From Selaginella moellendorffii (taxonomy: Eukaryota > Plantae > Lycopodiophyta): a stretch of 64,000 bases of DNA. The stretch covers positions 361,296-425,295 of the forward strand of contig NW_003314336.1 in the NCBI RefSeq assembly GCF_000143415.4, written 5' to 3'. Under the pieces are notes generated by a model that saw only the letters and a program-made list of their open reading frames with translations, was not told the origin of the DNA and searched no databases. Both the position numbers and the translations under genes were made by a program. Position 1 is the stretch's first letter, and each line of letters begins with the position of its first letter. This document shows, in pieces, positions 27,643 to 37,100 of the stretch.

Positions 27643-28020
27643 ATGGCCAAAGCAGTGGTAGCGATGGCAATGCTGGTGCTGGTGCTCGCGTGTTATGCCG
27701 AGGCTGCTTGCAGCAACAATTACATTCAGCTGGCTGGCTGCCTGAATGCGGTGAGCAGCAGCGCTGGCTACCCGGGCAGCTCGTGCTGCACTGCCGTCTC
27801 CCACTTCAAGAACGATGTAAACTGCCTGTGCAGCACGCTGGTGGCAGCCAAAAACGCCGGAGTCATCCGTAACATGCCCAACGCTCTCACCGTGCCCAAG
27901 CGCTGCGGCTTCAAGAACAACATCCCCAAGAACTTCCGCTGCGCTGGTACGTTTTTCGTCTACTCACTTCGATCATACATACCCGTTTCTTTCTTGGCAG
28001 GCTACAAGGTGGGAAGCTAA
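27643..28020 (+). CDS. Non-specific lipid transfer protein (8-Cys motif)
   Basis: Signal peptide, then C-C-CC-CxC-C-C pattern. One intron just after the last Cys (27947-28000), as in type D LTPs. Confidence 0.92.
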   Translation: MAKAVVAMAMLVLVLACYAEAACSNNYIQLAGCLNAVSSSAGYPGSSCCTAVSHFKNDVNCLCSTLVAAKNAGVIRNMPNALTVPKRCGFKNNIPKNFRCAGTFFVYSLRSYIPVSFLAGYKVGS

Positions 28021-28168
28021 GCAGCCATACCGGCTGGAAAGCTAAACAGCGTATAGCAAGAGAATAAAGGGACGCGCGTTTCTTGCAAGAACAGGGAACA
28101 CAAGAGCGAGAGTGTTGCTCTGTTGCATGCGTTTATCTCGACGTGACGAGAGCTATACTGTAATCTAG

Positions 28169-28891
28169 CTAGACTGGAGTAGCAAAATTCACGGCCTCCT
28201 CAAAGCGCACACTGAGCTCCTGGATGGTTTCTTGCATCTTGAGCCGCTTCCTCTCCTGTTCCTCCTCCAACCTCTGTGTCTCCGCGTCGTGTTCGTCCAG
28301 ATCCCTGATCACCACCTCCAGCGACCGCTTGTTGCTGCTATTGAGATCCAAAGTGGGAGGAGGAGCGAGGGTGGCGGCGGCGGCGGCGGCGGCGGCGGTG
28401 GGAGAGCTGCTGCCACTGGCGGTGTCGGGAGGCGGCGGAAGAGCGGGTCTCGGTTGCCTCTTCCCCGCGGCTCTAGCCACAATCTCTCTGTACTGCTCTA
28501 TCCCAGCCTTGGCTTGGACGATGGACCAGAACACCTCCCTCGCATCAGCAGTTTCCGCGATGCCAGTCGCTTGTTGCAAAGCCTGCTTCATGAAATGCGT
28601 CCCCAGGAGCAGCGTCGCCTCCCACATGAAGATCCGCCGCTTCCTCTCCGCCAGAGCCTCGCATGCCTTCCTCACAAACCCCGCGATGCCATCGTCGGCC
28701 GAGGCGCGGAAGGCGCGAGACAAAGGATTGCGAGAATCACCCCGTTGAGGTTGCTGCCGCCCGCCCGATTGCTTCTTCTTCTTCTTGCCCTTCTTCTTCT
28801 TCCTCTTGCTGTGCTGCTGCTGCTGCTCCTGCTTTTTGCGCGGCGCGGCGGCGCTGGACAGGGCGAGGCGCTCCAGCTCCACCTCGATCAT
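28169..28891 (-). CDS. Intronless divergent PHAX-like (snRNA export adaptor RNA-binding domain) protein
   Basis: Basic NLS tract (KRKKKKGKKKKK) followed by IAGFVRKACEALAERK...LG...VFWSIVQAK...YREIV, resembling the plant PHAX RBD. C-terminal coiled coil. Confidence 0.6.
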   Translation of the reverse strand: MIEVELERLALSSAAAPRKKQEQQQQHSKRKKKKGKKKKKQSGGRQQPQRGDSRNPLSRAFRASADDGIAGFVRKACEALAERKRRIFMWEATLLLGTHFMKQALQQATGIAETADAREVFWSIVQAKAGIEQYREIVARAAGKRQPRPALPPPPDTASGSSSPTAAAAAAAATLAPPPTLDLNSSNKRSLEVVIRDLDEHDAETQRLEEEQERKRLKMQETIQELSVRFEEAVNFATPV

Positions 28892-28932
28892 CGCTCAAAA
28901 GCCAATAAACCCTAGACCTAAGAAAACCATGA

Positions 28933-31900
28933 ATGCTTGTCAATCGCCTCCCGCGCGATCGCCAGCAGCGGCGATGGATGCACGCGGCGGCGATCCCAGC
29001 GGTGGTGGTGCGCAAGCATCGGCCATCGGCATTGAGCAAGGAGAGCGTGGAACGGATGGTCGCGTGCGTGGAGAGGAGCGGCGTTGCGGCGGAGGCGAGC
29101 ACGTATGCCCGGCTGCTCCAAGCGTGTGCGCGGCTCAAGGCGCTGGCCCAGGGCCAGAGGATTCACGCCCACATCCTCTCCAGCCACAGCTCCTCCGGAT
29201 CCTCCTCCACTCTCGTGCTCAACCATCTCATCAACATGTATGGCAAATGCGGTCGCGTGGAGGAGGCCAGGGCGGTGTTCGCGTCCATGGAGCACCCCAA
29301 TCTCGTGTCGTGGAACACCATCATCGCCGCCCACGCCGCCGGCGGTGATGGCCGTGGCGCCCTGGCGGTGTTCCGCGCCATGCAGCTCGAGGCTTCCGTG
29401 GTGCCCGACCGGGTGAGCTTCACCAGCGTTGCCAATGCCTGCGGCAGCGCGAGGGAGGCGCGGATCATCCACGCCAGCGTCGCGGCGCGGGGATTCCTCG
29501 ACGACGTGATCGTTTGCACCGCCGTCATCACCGCCTACTGTCGCTGCAGCAGCCTGGGCGAGGCGCGCGCCACCTTCGACGCCATGGCGCCGCGCGCCAG
29601 GAACGTCGTGACGTGGACGGCGCTCATCGCGGGGTATGCCCAGTCCGGGCATCTGGAGGAGGCGCTGGATCTCTTCTGGAGCATGGCGGAGCACGACGGC
29701 GGCGGGGGCGAGACGTGGAGCGTGGCTCCCAACGCCGTCACCATTGTCACCGTCGTCAACCTGTGCGCCGAGTTTGCGGCGCTGGAGCAAGGCAAAGCCA
29801 TCCACGATCGCTGCATCCACGCCGCCGCCATCCGCGACGATCCGTCCGTCACGGCCGCTCTCGTCAACATGTATGGGAGGTGCCAGCGCCTGGACGAGGC
29901 GTTTGCGGTGTTTGACGCAGTCCAGTCTCCCACTGCCTTGGCGTGGAACGCGATCATCTGTGCCTGCGCCCGCAATGGTCGAAGCGATCGGGGCCTGGAG
30001 CTCTTCCACAGGATGATGGCAGCACTGGACGCCCCGGAGCGAGAGGTTGGCGTCGCCACCTTGTGCGCGGCGCTGGTAGCGTGCGGCGAGTCGGGACTGC
30101 TGGATCAGGGGCGATCGGTCCACGACTTGATCCGCCGCCGCGCCGCCGCTGGGACGGAGCCCAGCGTCCAGATCGGCACGTCGCTCATCACCATGTACGC
30201 CAAGTGCGGCAGCATCGAGGACGCGCGCCTCGTCTTCGACTCCATGGCGGAGAGGAACGAGGTGTCGTGGAACGCAATGCTGTCCGGCTACTCGCAGCAC
30301 GGCCACGGCGCGCAGCTGCTGCACCTCTTCCGCGCCATGCTGCAGGGCGGCGTGCAGCCCAACGCGGTGACGCTCCTGCCGGTTGTGAACGCGTGCAGCA
30401 GCCTGGCGCAGCTGCGGCAGGCTGACGAGTGGTGCACCACGCCGCCGCTGGCCGCCGCTTGCGACGCCATGCTGTGCAACGCGCTCGTCTACATGTATGG
30501 CAAGCTCGGCAGCGTGGAGGACGCCTGGAGCATGTTCCACAGGTGTAGCATCCGCAATGCGGTCACTTGGAACGGTCTCATCACTGCGTATGCCCGTCGC
30601 TGCAGCCAAGGCCAAGGAGGAGGAGGAGGATTTGAAGCGGAGGAGGCGATGGCGGGCTTGCAGCTTCTGCGGCAAATGCATCTAGAAGGCGTGCCGCCGG
30701 ACCGAGTCACCTTCATATCCCTGTGTGGCCTCTACAACAAGCTTACGCTGCTCGGCTCCCCCGGCATGGCGTCCGAGCAGCCACAGCAGCCAGCGGGAGT
30801 GTCCTCGGTCCTGACGGTGGCGGCGAAGGAGATGGTGGCGCAGATCCTGGACACGGGGCTGGAGTGGGATGCCGCGATTGGGACGGGGCTCATCAGCCTG
30901 CTGGGTAAATGCGGGGACGTGGATGGCGCGGCGGGGATGTTTGCCAAGATGGCGGCGGTGCGGGGTGGCGGTGGCGACGTCGTGCCGTGGAACGCGATGA
31001 TGGGAGCGTGCGTTCTCAACGCGCAGCCGTGGCGGGCGCTGCATCTCTACAAGGTCATGCAGCTGCATGGCGTCAAGCCGGACGCGACGTCGGCGGTGTG
31101 CCTGCTGTCGGATGCGTGCCTGGCGGCGTCGCGCGGTATCGGGGAGTGGCTCGAGTCCGGCCTGTCCGGGAGTGGCGTGGAGGAGGAGGTGGCGGTGAGG
31201 AACGCGTGCATCAACATGCATGCCAAGCGTGGCGACGTCGATCGCGCCGCCGCCATCTTCGCCTCCATGGTGGCGGCGCGGGACGTGATCTCCTGGAACG
31301 TGATGATGGCTGGCTACGCCAACGCCGGCAGGGGGGACGAGGCGGTGGTTCTCCTCCGGCAAATGGAGCAGCACGGCTTCCACCCCGACAGGGTCACCTA
31401 CGTCAACTTCCTCAACGCCTGCGACAAGGCGGAGATGGTGGAGCACGGCCGGAGCATCCACGGCAGGATTGTCCTCCAGTCACGCGACACGCCGGCGCTC
31501 TCCCTGCGCACCAACGCCGTGGTCGGCTGCTCGCTGTGCAGCATGTACGCCCGCTGCGGCAGCATCGACGAGGCGGCGGCGGTGTTTGCCGGCATGGAGC
31601 AGCGCAACGTCGTGTCGTGGAACGCCATGATCGGGGCGTACGCGCAGCACGGCCGCGCGCGCCTGGCGCTGGCGGTGTTTGGCGGCATGCAGCAGCACGG
31701 CGTCAAGCCCGACGCCATCACCCTCATCAGCGTGCTGGACGCGTGCGCCGGCGCGGGTGACGCGCGGCGCGGGAGTCAGGTCCACGGCTGGAGCCTCCAG
31801 CTCCAGCTGCGCTCGGCGGCGCTGGACAACGCGGCCGTCAACATGTATGCCAAGAGCGGCAGGGTGGCGGCGGCGCGCGAGGTGTTTGAAGCCATGGACG

Positions 31901-32385
31901 CGCAGCGGCGGACGATCATGTCATGGAGCGCAATGGTGGCGGCTTACGCCGGGGTCGGGCACGCCGAGGAGGCGTTCCGGCTGTTCCACGCGATGCAGCG
32001 CGAGGGCGTCCGCCCGAATCACGTCACCTTGATCAGCATCCTCGGGGCGTGCAGCCACGCCGGGATGCTCCAAGCCGGCTGCTCGTGCTTCGCGTCCATG
32101 GCGGCGGACTACGGCGTGTGGCCGCGGGAGGAGCACACGGGGTGCGTGGTCGACATGCTGGGCAGGGCGGGATGGGTGGAACAAGCGCACCGCCTGGTGC
32201 AGCGCAGTGGTGCCGGCGGCGGCGGCGACGCGCAGGCGTGGATGGCAGTGCTGGGCGCGTGCAGCCAGCAGGGCGACACGCTGCGCGGTACCTGCGTGGC
32301 ATCGAGCTTGATTTCCCGCCACCCCCAGGCCGCGGCTGCCGCCTACGTTGCGCTCTCCAATTCCAAGCTTGCTGCTCCGAGCTAA
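28933..32385 (+). CDS. PLS-class pentatricopeptide repeat protein with a C-terminal E region, no DYW (intronless, ~1150 aa)
   Basis: Many LINMYGKCG / VSWNAMI / GVxPD repeats; ILGACSHAG, HTGCVVDMLGRAG, WMAVLGAC, AAYVALSN. True start could be the Met at 28978. Confidence 0.96.
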   Translation: MLVNRLPRDRQQRRWMHAAAIPAVVVRKHRPSALSKESVERMVACVERSGVAAEASTYARLLQACARLKALAQGQRIHAHILSSHSSSGSSSTLVLNHLINMYGKCGRVEEARAVFASMEHPNLVSWNTIIAAHAAGGDGRGALAVFRAMQLEASVVPDRVSFTSVANACGSAREARIIHASVAARGFLDDVIVCTAVITAYCRCSSLGEARATFDAMAPRARNVVTWTALIAGYAQSGHLEEALDLFWSMAEHDGGGGETWSVAPNAVTIVTVVNLCAEFAALEQGKAIHDRCIHAAAIRDDPSVTAALVNMYGRCQRLDEAFAVFDAVQSPTALAWNAIICACARNGRSDRGLELFHRMMAALDAPEREVGVATLCAALVACGESGLLDQGRSVHDLIRRRAAAGTEPSVQIGTSLITMYAKCGSIEDARLVFDSMAERNEVSWNAMLSGYSQHGHGAQLLHLFRAMLQGGVQPNAVTLLPVVNACSSLAQLRQADEWCTTPPLAAACDAMLCNALVYMYGKLGSVEDAWSMFHRCSIRNAVTWNGLITAYARRCSQGQGGGGGFEAEEAMAGLQLLRQMHLEGVPPDRVTFISLCGLYNKLTLLGSPGMASEQPQQPAGVSSVLTVAAKEMVAQILDTGLEWDAAIGTGLISLLGKCGDVDGAAGMFAKMAAVRGGGGDVVPWNAMMGACVLNAQPWRALHLYKVMQLHGVKPDATSAVCLLSDACLAASRGIGEWLESGLSGSGVEEEVAVRNACINMHAKRGDVDRAAAIFASMVAARDVISWNVMMAGYANAGRGDEAVVLLRQMEQHGFHPDRVTYVNFLNACDKAEMVEHGRSIHGRIVLQSRDTPALSLRTNAVVGCSLCSMYARCGSIDEAAAVFAGMEQRNVVSWNAMIGAYAQHGRARLALAVFGGMQQHGVKPDAITLISVLDACAGAGDARRGSQVHGWSLQLQLRSAALDNAAVNMYAKSGRVAAAREVFEAMDAQRRTIMSWSAMVAAYAGVGHAEEAFRLFHAMQREGVRPNHVTLISILGACSHAGMLQAGCSCFASMAADYGVWPREEHTGCVVDMLGRAGWVEQAHRLVQRSGAGGGGDAQAWMAVLGACSQQGDTLRGTCVASSLISRHPQAAAAAYVALSNSKLAAPS

Positions 32386-33482
32386 GGGATTGGCCAGCCA
32401 TGAACTCTTCAGAGTGACTACCGGAGAGAGAGGAGGGAGGACACTCCTCTTACTTGCGCGATCTTCCCATGCGAGCATGTACGAAGAGTATATGGATTGC
32501 AAGACGTGCAACTCAACGTGTTCCAGCTTAGTTCCAAGGCTGAGGACCAAAATATAAGAGTGTGGAAACTACAACCAGACAGTCATGGACAGGAAAGCTG
32601 CTGCGGTGAAGCTGAATCCGTTGTTGGTTTACTTGCTAAAGGAGTTTGGGAAGGTCGTGCTGCTCGACGGGAAAGGAAAGATCCAGGGCTTGAGCGGTCT
32701 GGAGGTGAGTTTTTGGTGGTGACAAGAGAGATGACGGAGAGTGTTTCAACATGCCAACTCTGGAGATGGCTTAGCTTGGATCTGATTCCTTCGATCAAGT
32801 CTGCGCTCTTCCAACAAAGTCCATGCAAAAAATGGCAGACCATTCGCTCCTTCACTGCTCGGCGGACAAAGGAGAACAAGGATCAAGCGTCCAAATTCAA
32901 TCACGTTGTACAGTAATTGCTAATCGTTGCGGTCAATGTAAAGAGTTCAACAAAAACCACTGGAGATTTATAAAGTTCTTTCGAACTCCCAGCTCCTAGT
33001 ACTAATTCCTCAGCACCCTGTCAAGACCTACAAGAAAGATGGGAGCCGTAACTTACAGCTGATCATGTTCTCAGGAGTCGATGGAAGCAGAGAGTTGGGC
33101 GTTCCAAAAAGCTCCTTTTAGCGATAAAAAGGACCTGCACATTTTAATTCTTTTTCCTGGAGGAGGATTGGATCAGAGATGGGCGGCTATATCAATTCTG
33201 GTAAGGCGCTCTGTGATCATAATCAGACATATCGATGCTGTAGTTCATGGTTGATGAAATGCTGACTTTAAACTCGCTGTGGAATATGATGAAAGTGTTT
33301 TTTTGGCCTCCACAAAACTAGAAAATCAATTACAAAATAGTTTTCTTAAATTAAATATAAACTTGTGTTTTCTTAGGTGTTGAAGACTGAAAATGAGAAC
33401 AAGAAAGATTTTACGTCTTTTCAGAAGCATTGTCTAAGATCTCGACTGCCATCTCCAGTTGCTCAAACTCGCGACCCAGCTT

Positions 33483-33657
33483 GGGATGGGTGGAGTAAGC
33501 GCTGGCGGTGGCATAGGCGGCGGCGACGCGCAGGCTTGCATGGCGCTGCTGGGGGCGTGCAGCCAGCAGGGCGACACGCTGCGCGGTACCTGCGCGGCGT
33601 CTAGGCTGATTTCCCGCCATCCCCTTCGAATTCCAACCTTGTTGCTCCGAGCTAGGG
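33483..33657 (+). pseudogene. Duplicated fragment of the PPR gene 3' end
   Basis: Close copy of ~32170-32388 (GGGDAQAxMAxLGACSQQGDTLRGTC...LISRHP) with deletions. Confidence 0.9.
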
Positions 33658-33702
33658 TTTATTTAGGGTTGGTTGGCCGGGTTTGAATGAGCGCCGAGCG
33701 CC

Positions 33703-36267
33703 ATGGTCCTCCCGCCGCGCACCTCCAAGGCATGGAACGGCAGGCTTTTCAACGTCGACGCCAAGCACATCTGCGCGGTGTGCTCCTCGAATGCGCCATT
33801 GGAGCTGTGCGTAAGCTTTGGTTTTGCTCGCTTCTCATTCGTCTTCCCGCCTTTTTCCCTCGCTCGATCAGGCCCAAGCGCCTCGACATCGTTTCTTTCA
33901 ATGCAGCTCGCGCGTTCGATTGGAAGCCTCTTCCGCTGTTCCAGATCATGGCCCGTGGCGAGAGTGACTACCGGGAGTGGGATAAGCTGCTCACCTTTCT
34001 CGTCGATCACTCCCGGGTAAGAGATGTCTTTCTCTGTCTCTGTCACACGCACTATACACGCACTCGACCAGGTTGCGGTCATCAATGTCGGAGACGTCCA
34101 GCTGCTGTTGAAGCCACCGGGGGAGGAGAACGAGGCCACCAAGAAGATAATGAAGCTTGTGGACGTTGCCTACCGCGCCAGGCCCGGGCCAGTCAAGAGA
34201 CCGATCGCGCAAATGCACCCGGAGTACCTCACCACGCTCAGCCAGACGCATTCGAGTTGGCTCTTTGGTGCAGTCGCCGAGCTCATTGACAACGCCTGCG
34301 ATGCGGGAGCCAAGCGGTGAGCTATCGTTAACTTTTCTCGTGCATGGAACTGATAGCCACTCTCTTTCTCACGTCCAGTCTTGAGATTTCGATTCAGAAG
34401 GGAACGTTGAAAAGCCCCGAGGTATCAGAAGTGCCGATGCTTTGTTTCCTGGACGATGGCCTTGGGATGACTCACAAAGACATTGTGAAGATGGTGTCTT
34501 TTGGCCACAAGAAACCGGAACAAGACGATCCAGAGCAAATCGGGAGGTTTGGAGTTGGCTTCAAGGTTCTTATTTCTTTTCCTTTTCTCAATCTCTTGTT
34601 TACTGGTTTCTTTGTTTGTAAATCAGACAGGGGTGATGCGTCTCGGTAGAGGTGCCCTTGTCCTCACGCAAAGCAAGGAGACGAGGTCAATGGCACTGCT
34701 CTCAACTGGCTATAACGAAGGCAAAGATGTACCGCCTTGCTCGTGTTCTCGTGTCTCTAAGGTACTAAAAGTTTGGCAACAATGCAGGTCCTCGAGGTGC
34801 CGATTGTCACGTATACCAGACGGGCGGGCAGAATGGATATCGACACCGGTTTGCAGACGCTGGAAGACTCACAAAAGCATCGAGACGTGATATGCACATA
34901 CGGACCTTTTGACGAGTATGGAATTGGTGCTGAGTTTCAAAGGCTCGAAGGCGGAACGGGGACTATCATTTACGTTTTCGATCTCGAGAAATGGGGCTCG
35001 TCTTTCTCCTTGGACTGGAACGAAAGTGATGACATCATGATAAGGTCTAGGCGTGTGCGGAGTCGACCTGGACAAACAAGCCCCGAGGTAGGATATATTC
35101 CATCTCTCGTACGCCGTCTTCCAAAACCAGTGTCTATGACAGGTCCCGCTCGACTATTCGCTTCGAGCATATGTGGAAGTCATGTTTTTGGAGCCACGCA
35201 TGATTGTTTCGATCCAAGGGAAGAAGGTCTGAGGATCCAGTTTGAGTGGTTCTTTGATGGACTTGCCTGTTTTGTTCTGCAGGTGACAACAAAATGTCTC
35301 GCCAAGACGCTAAACAGCACCTGGGTGACCAGAGCTACTCTCATGGGGAAACCAGTCCAGTTGACTCTGGGCGTAATGGAGCTAGAGCGGAAGCGCGGAA
35401 ACTGTGGCATTTTCCTCTACTGGCACGGCAGACTTGTCGAGGTATGTTCTACTTGTTGGCTCTCTCACCGTCGTCGTGCATCTCTTCGAACAGTCCTACA
35501 AAAGGGTTGGAAATATGGTGCACAGTGCTGAATGGGGACGAGGAGTGATTGGTGTCGTGGAAACGACCAAACTGATGGTACAACTTTGCATATAGAGTTG
35601 AAACGATAATGTCGGCCATGCAGGAGTTTGACAGAGGCAGAGTAGGCGTGTTGAATAGCAAGCAGGGCTTTGAGGACTGTGAGATGTATGCTGCTCTGGA
35701 GAAATGGCTCGGGGAGGAAGCTGACAAGTACTGGGAAACTCGCGTGGAGAAGTTAACCACGGTAAGCACTGCTAGTTTCTACGAGGAGTATCACTAAGTT
35801 TCTATCCTTTTGTTGAAGGAGGAGAAGGAGGGGCTTGCCCCCGACAAAAGCTGGGTGCAGTGCTCCAAATGCCTCAAGTGGAGGGTGATGGATCCGGAAT
35901 GGCATGGAGAGTTGCCAGACCATTGGTTTGTTGTTTTCTTTTCTTTCCACATCCGGCGATTTCTCACTGGCTTTCCAGGTTCTGCTACATGGCACCTTAC
36001 AAAGGCTCTTGCAACACCCCTGAGGAAAATGTGGAAGACGGTGTGGTGACTACCAAAACCTCTCGCGGCACAGCTGTTCGGAAGAACACACGCGGCAAGG
36101 AAGGATCGGACATCACAGGTGGGGTGATCAGACCATTTCTCATCGTGTTTTTTTATTGACTTTGCTCTGTAGTAGATTCCAGCAAGCCTCTGTCCAGGCT
36201 GACATCCAAAACTACAACTAACTCTCCCAAAGTGAAGCGCACGAGCAAGAGAACCAAGAAGGAATGA
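33703..36267 (+). CDS. MORC-family GHKL ATPase with N-terminal SPOC-like domain and C-terminal zf-CW
   Basis: HPEYL...SWLFGAVAELIDNACDA, FLDDGLGMT, IGRFGVGFKTGVMRLG, LDYSLRAY, GIFLYWHGRL, LNSKQGF. CW: WVQCSKCLKWR...WFCYM...CNTPEE. Exon 1 from ATG 33703 splices in phase to exon 2. Confidence 0.92.
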
Positions 36268-36293
36268 ATCGTCTTTGATCATACATAGCTCAC

Positions 36294-37057
36294 CTAGCTT
36301 GCGATGCTACTACTACCTCGGGACACAGTTTTGGCTGCCAATGCTTGATTAGGAAGGACTGGAAGGAGATAGTTACCAAACGGCGAGTCGAAGCTTTTGA
36401 AACTTCCAGTGGCTCCAACCGACTGTGCACGAACCAAAGCCGCTCTCTTCGCTTGCTGGATCCTCAGCTCGTCCCCGTGCTTTACGAGAGTCGGAGCAGC
36501 GGGTCGCATCCCCTGAATCACCACACACAATAAATACTTCCATCTTCCACCGAGCAAGTTTTACGTGCCTGTGCTTGGCGTCCAAGAGGCCGCGCGTCTT
36601 GAGGCGCTGCAGGATTGAGAGGCGGCCTGCCAATACAGGAGCCAAAGTGTGAGTCGCAAAAGGAGGCGAAGAAATTCATTACCTTCCATGCTTTGGTGTG
36701 TGCTGCTGCTCTTCATTTCCTGCGAAACAATCCAAAGTTGACAGTGGTTTGATCCGAGAGAAACTCTAGCGCAATGGCGCTGAGATTACCTTTGCTGTTG
36801 CTTCTCTTGAGAGGGAGAGGGGGTGTAGCGGACGCCGCCTCGCGCTCGCGCTTGGCGCTATTCAGCCTGAGAAAGGAAGACCATGAGAAAGCGGTAGAGG
36901 GAGAGAGAGAATTACTGTACGAGGAAGCTTTGACCAGGCGGCGCCGTGATGGTGCTGGCTGATGGTGTTCCACTGCTGGATCCGCCGCTCCTCCCGCCGC
37001 CACCACCACCGCCGTCGCCGCTGTCCCTGGCGGCGATGACGAAGACGACGAAGCCAT
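36294..37057 (-). CDS. Small conserved plant protein of unknown function (C-terminal FDSPFGNYLLPV motif)
   Basis: Four exons joinable in frame; C-terminus IQQAKRAALVRAQSVGATGSFKSFDSPFGNYLLPVLP. Confidence 0.7.
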
Positions 37058-37100
37058 CTCTCTCTCTTGCTGTATTCTACTCTACCTAGGTCACGACTCT

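Noticed and set aside
28918-30681. 587-aa antisense ORF opposite the PPR gene (and other long overlapping ORFs)
   Set aside because: Shadow ORFs expected from very high GC3 codon usage; no recognisable domains.
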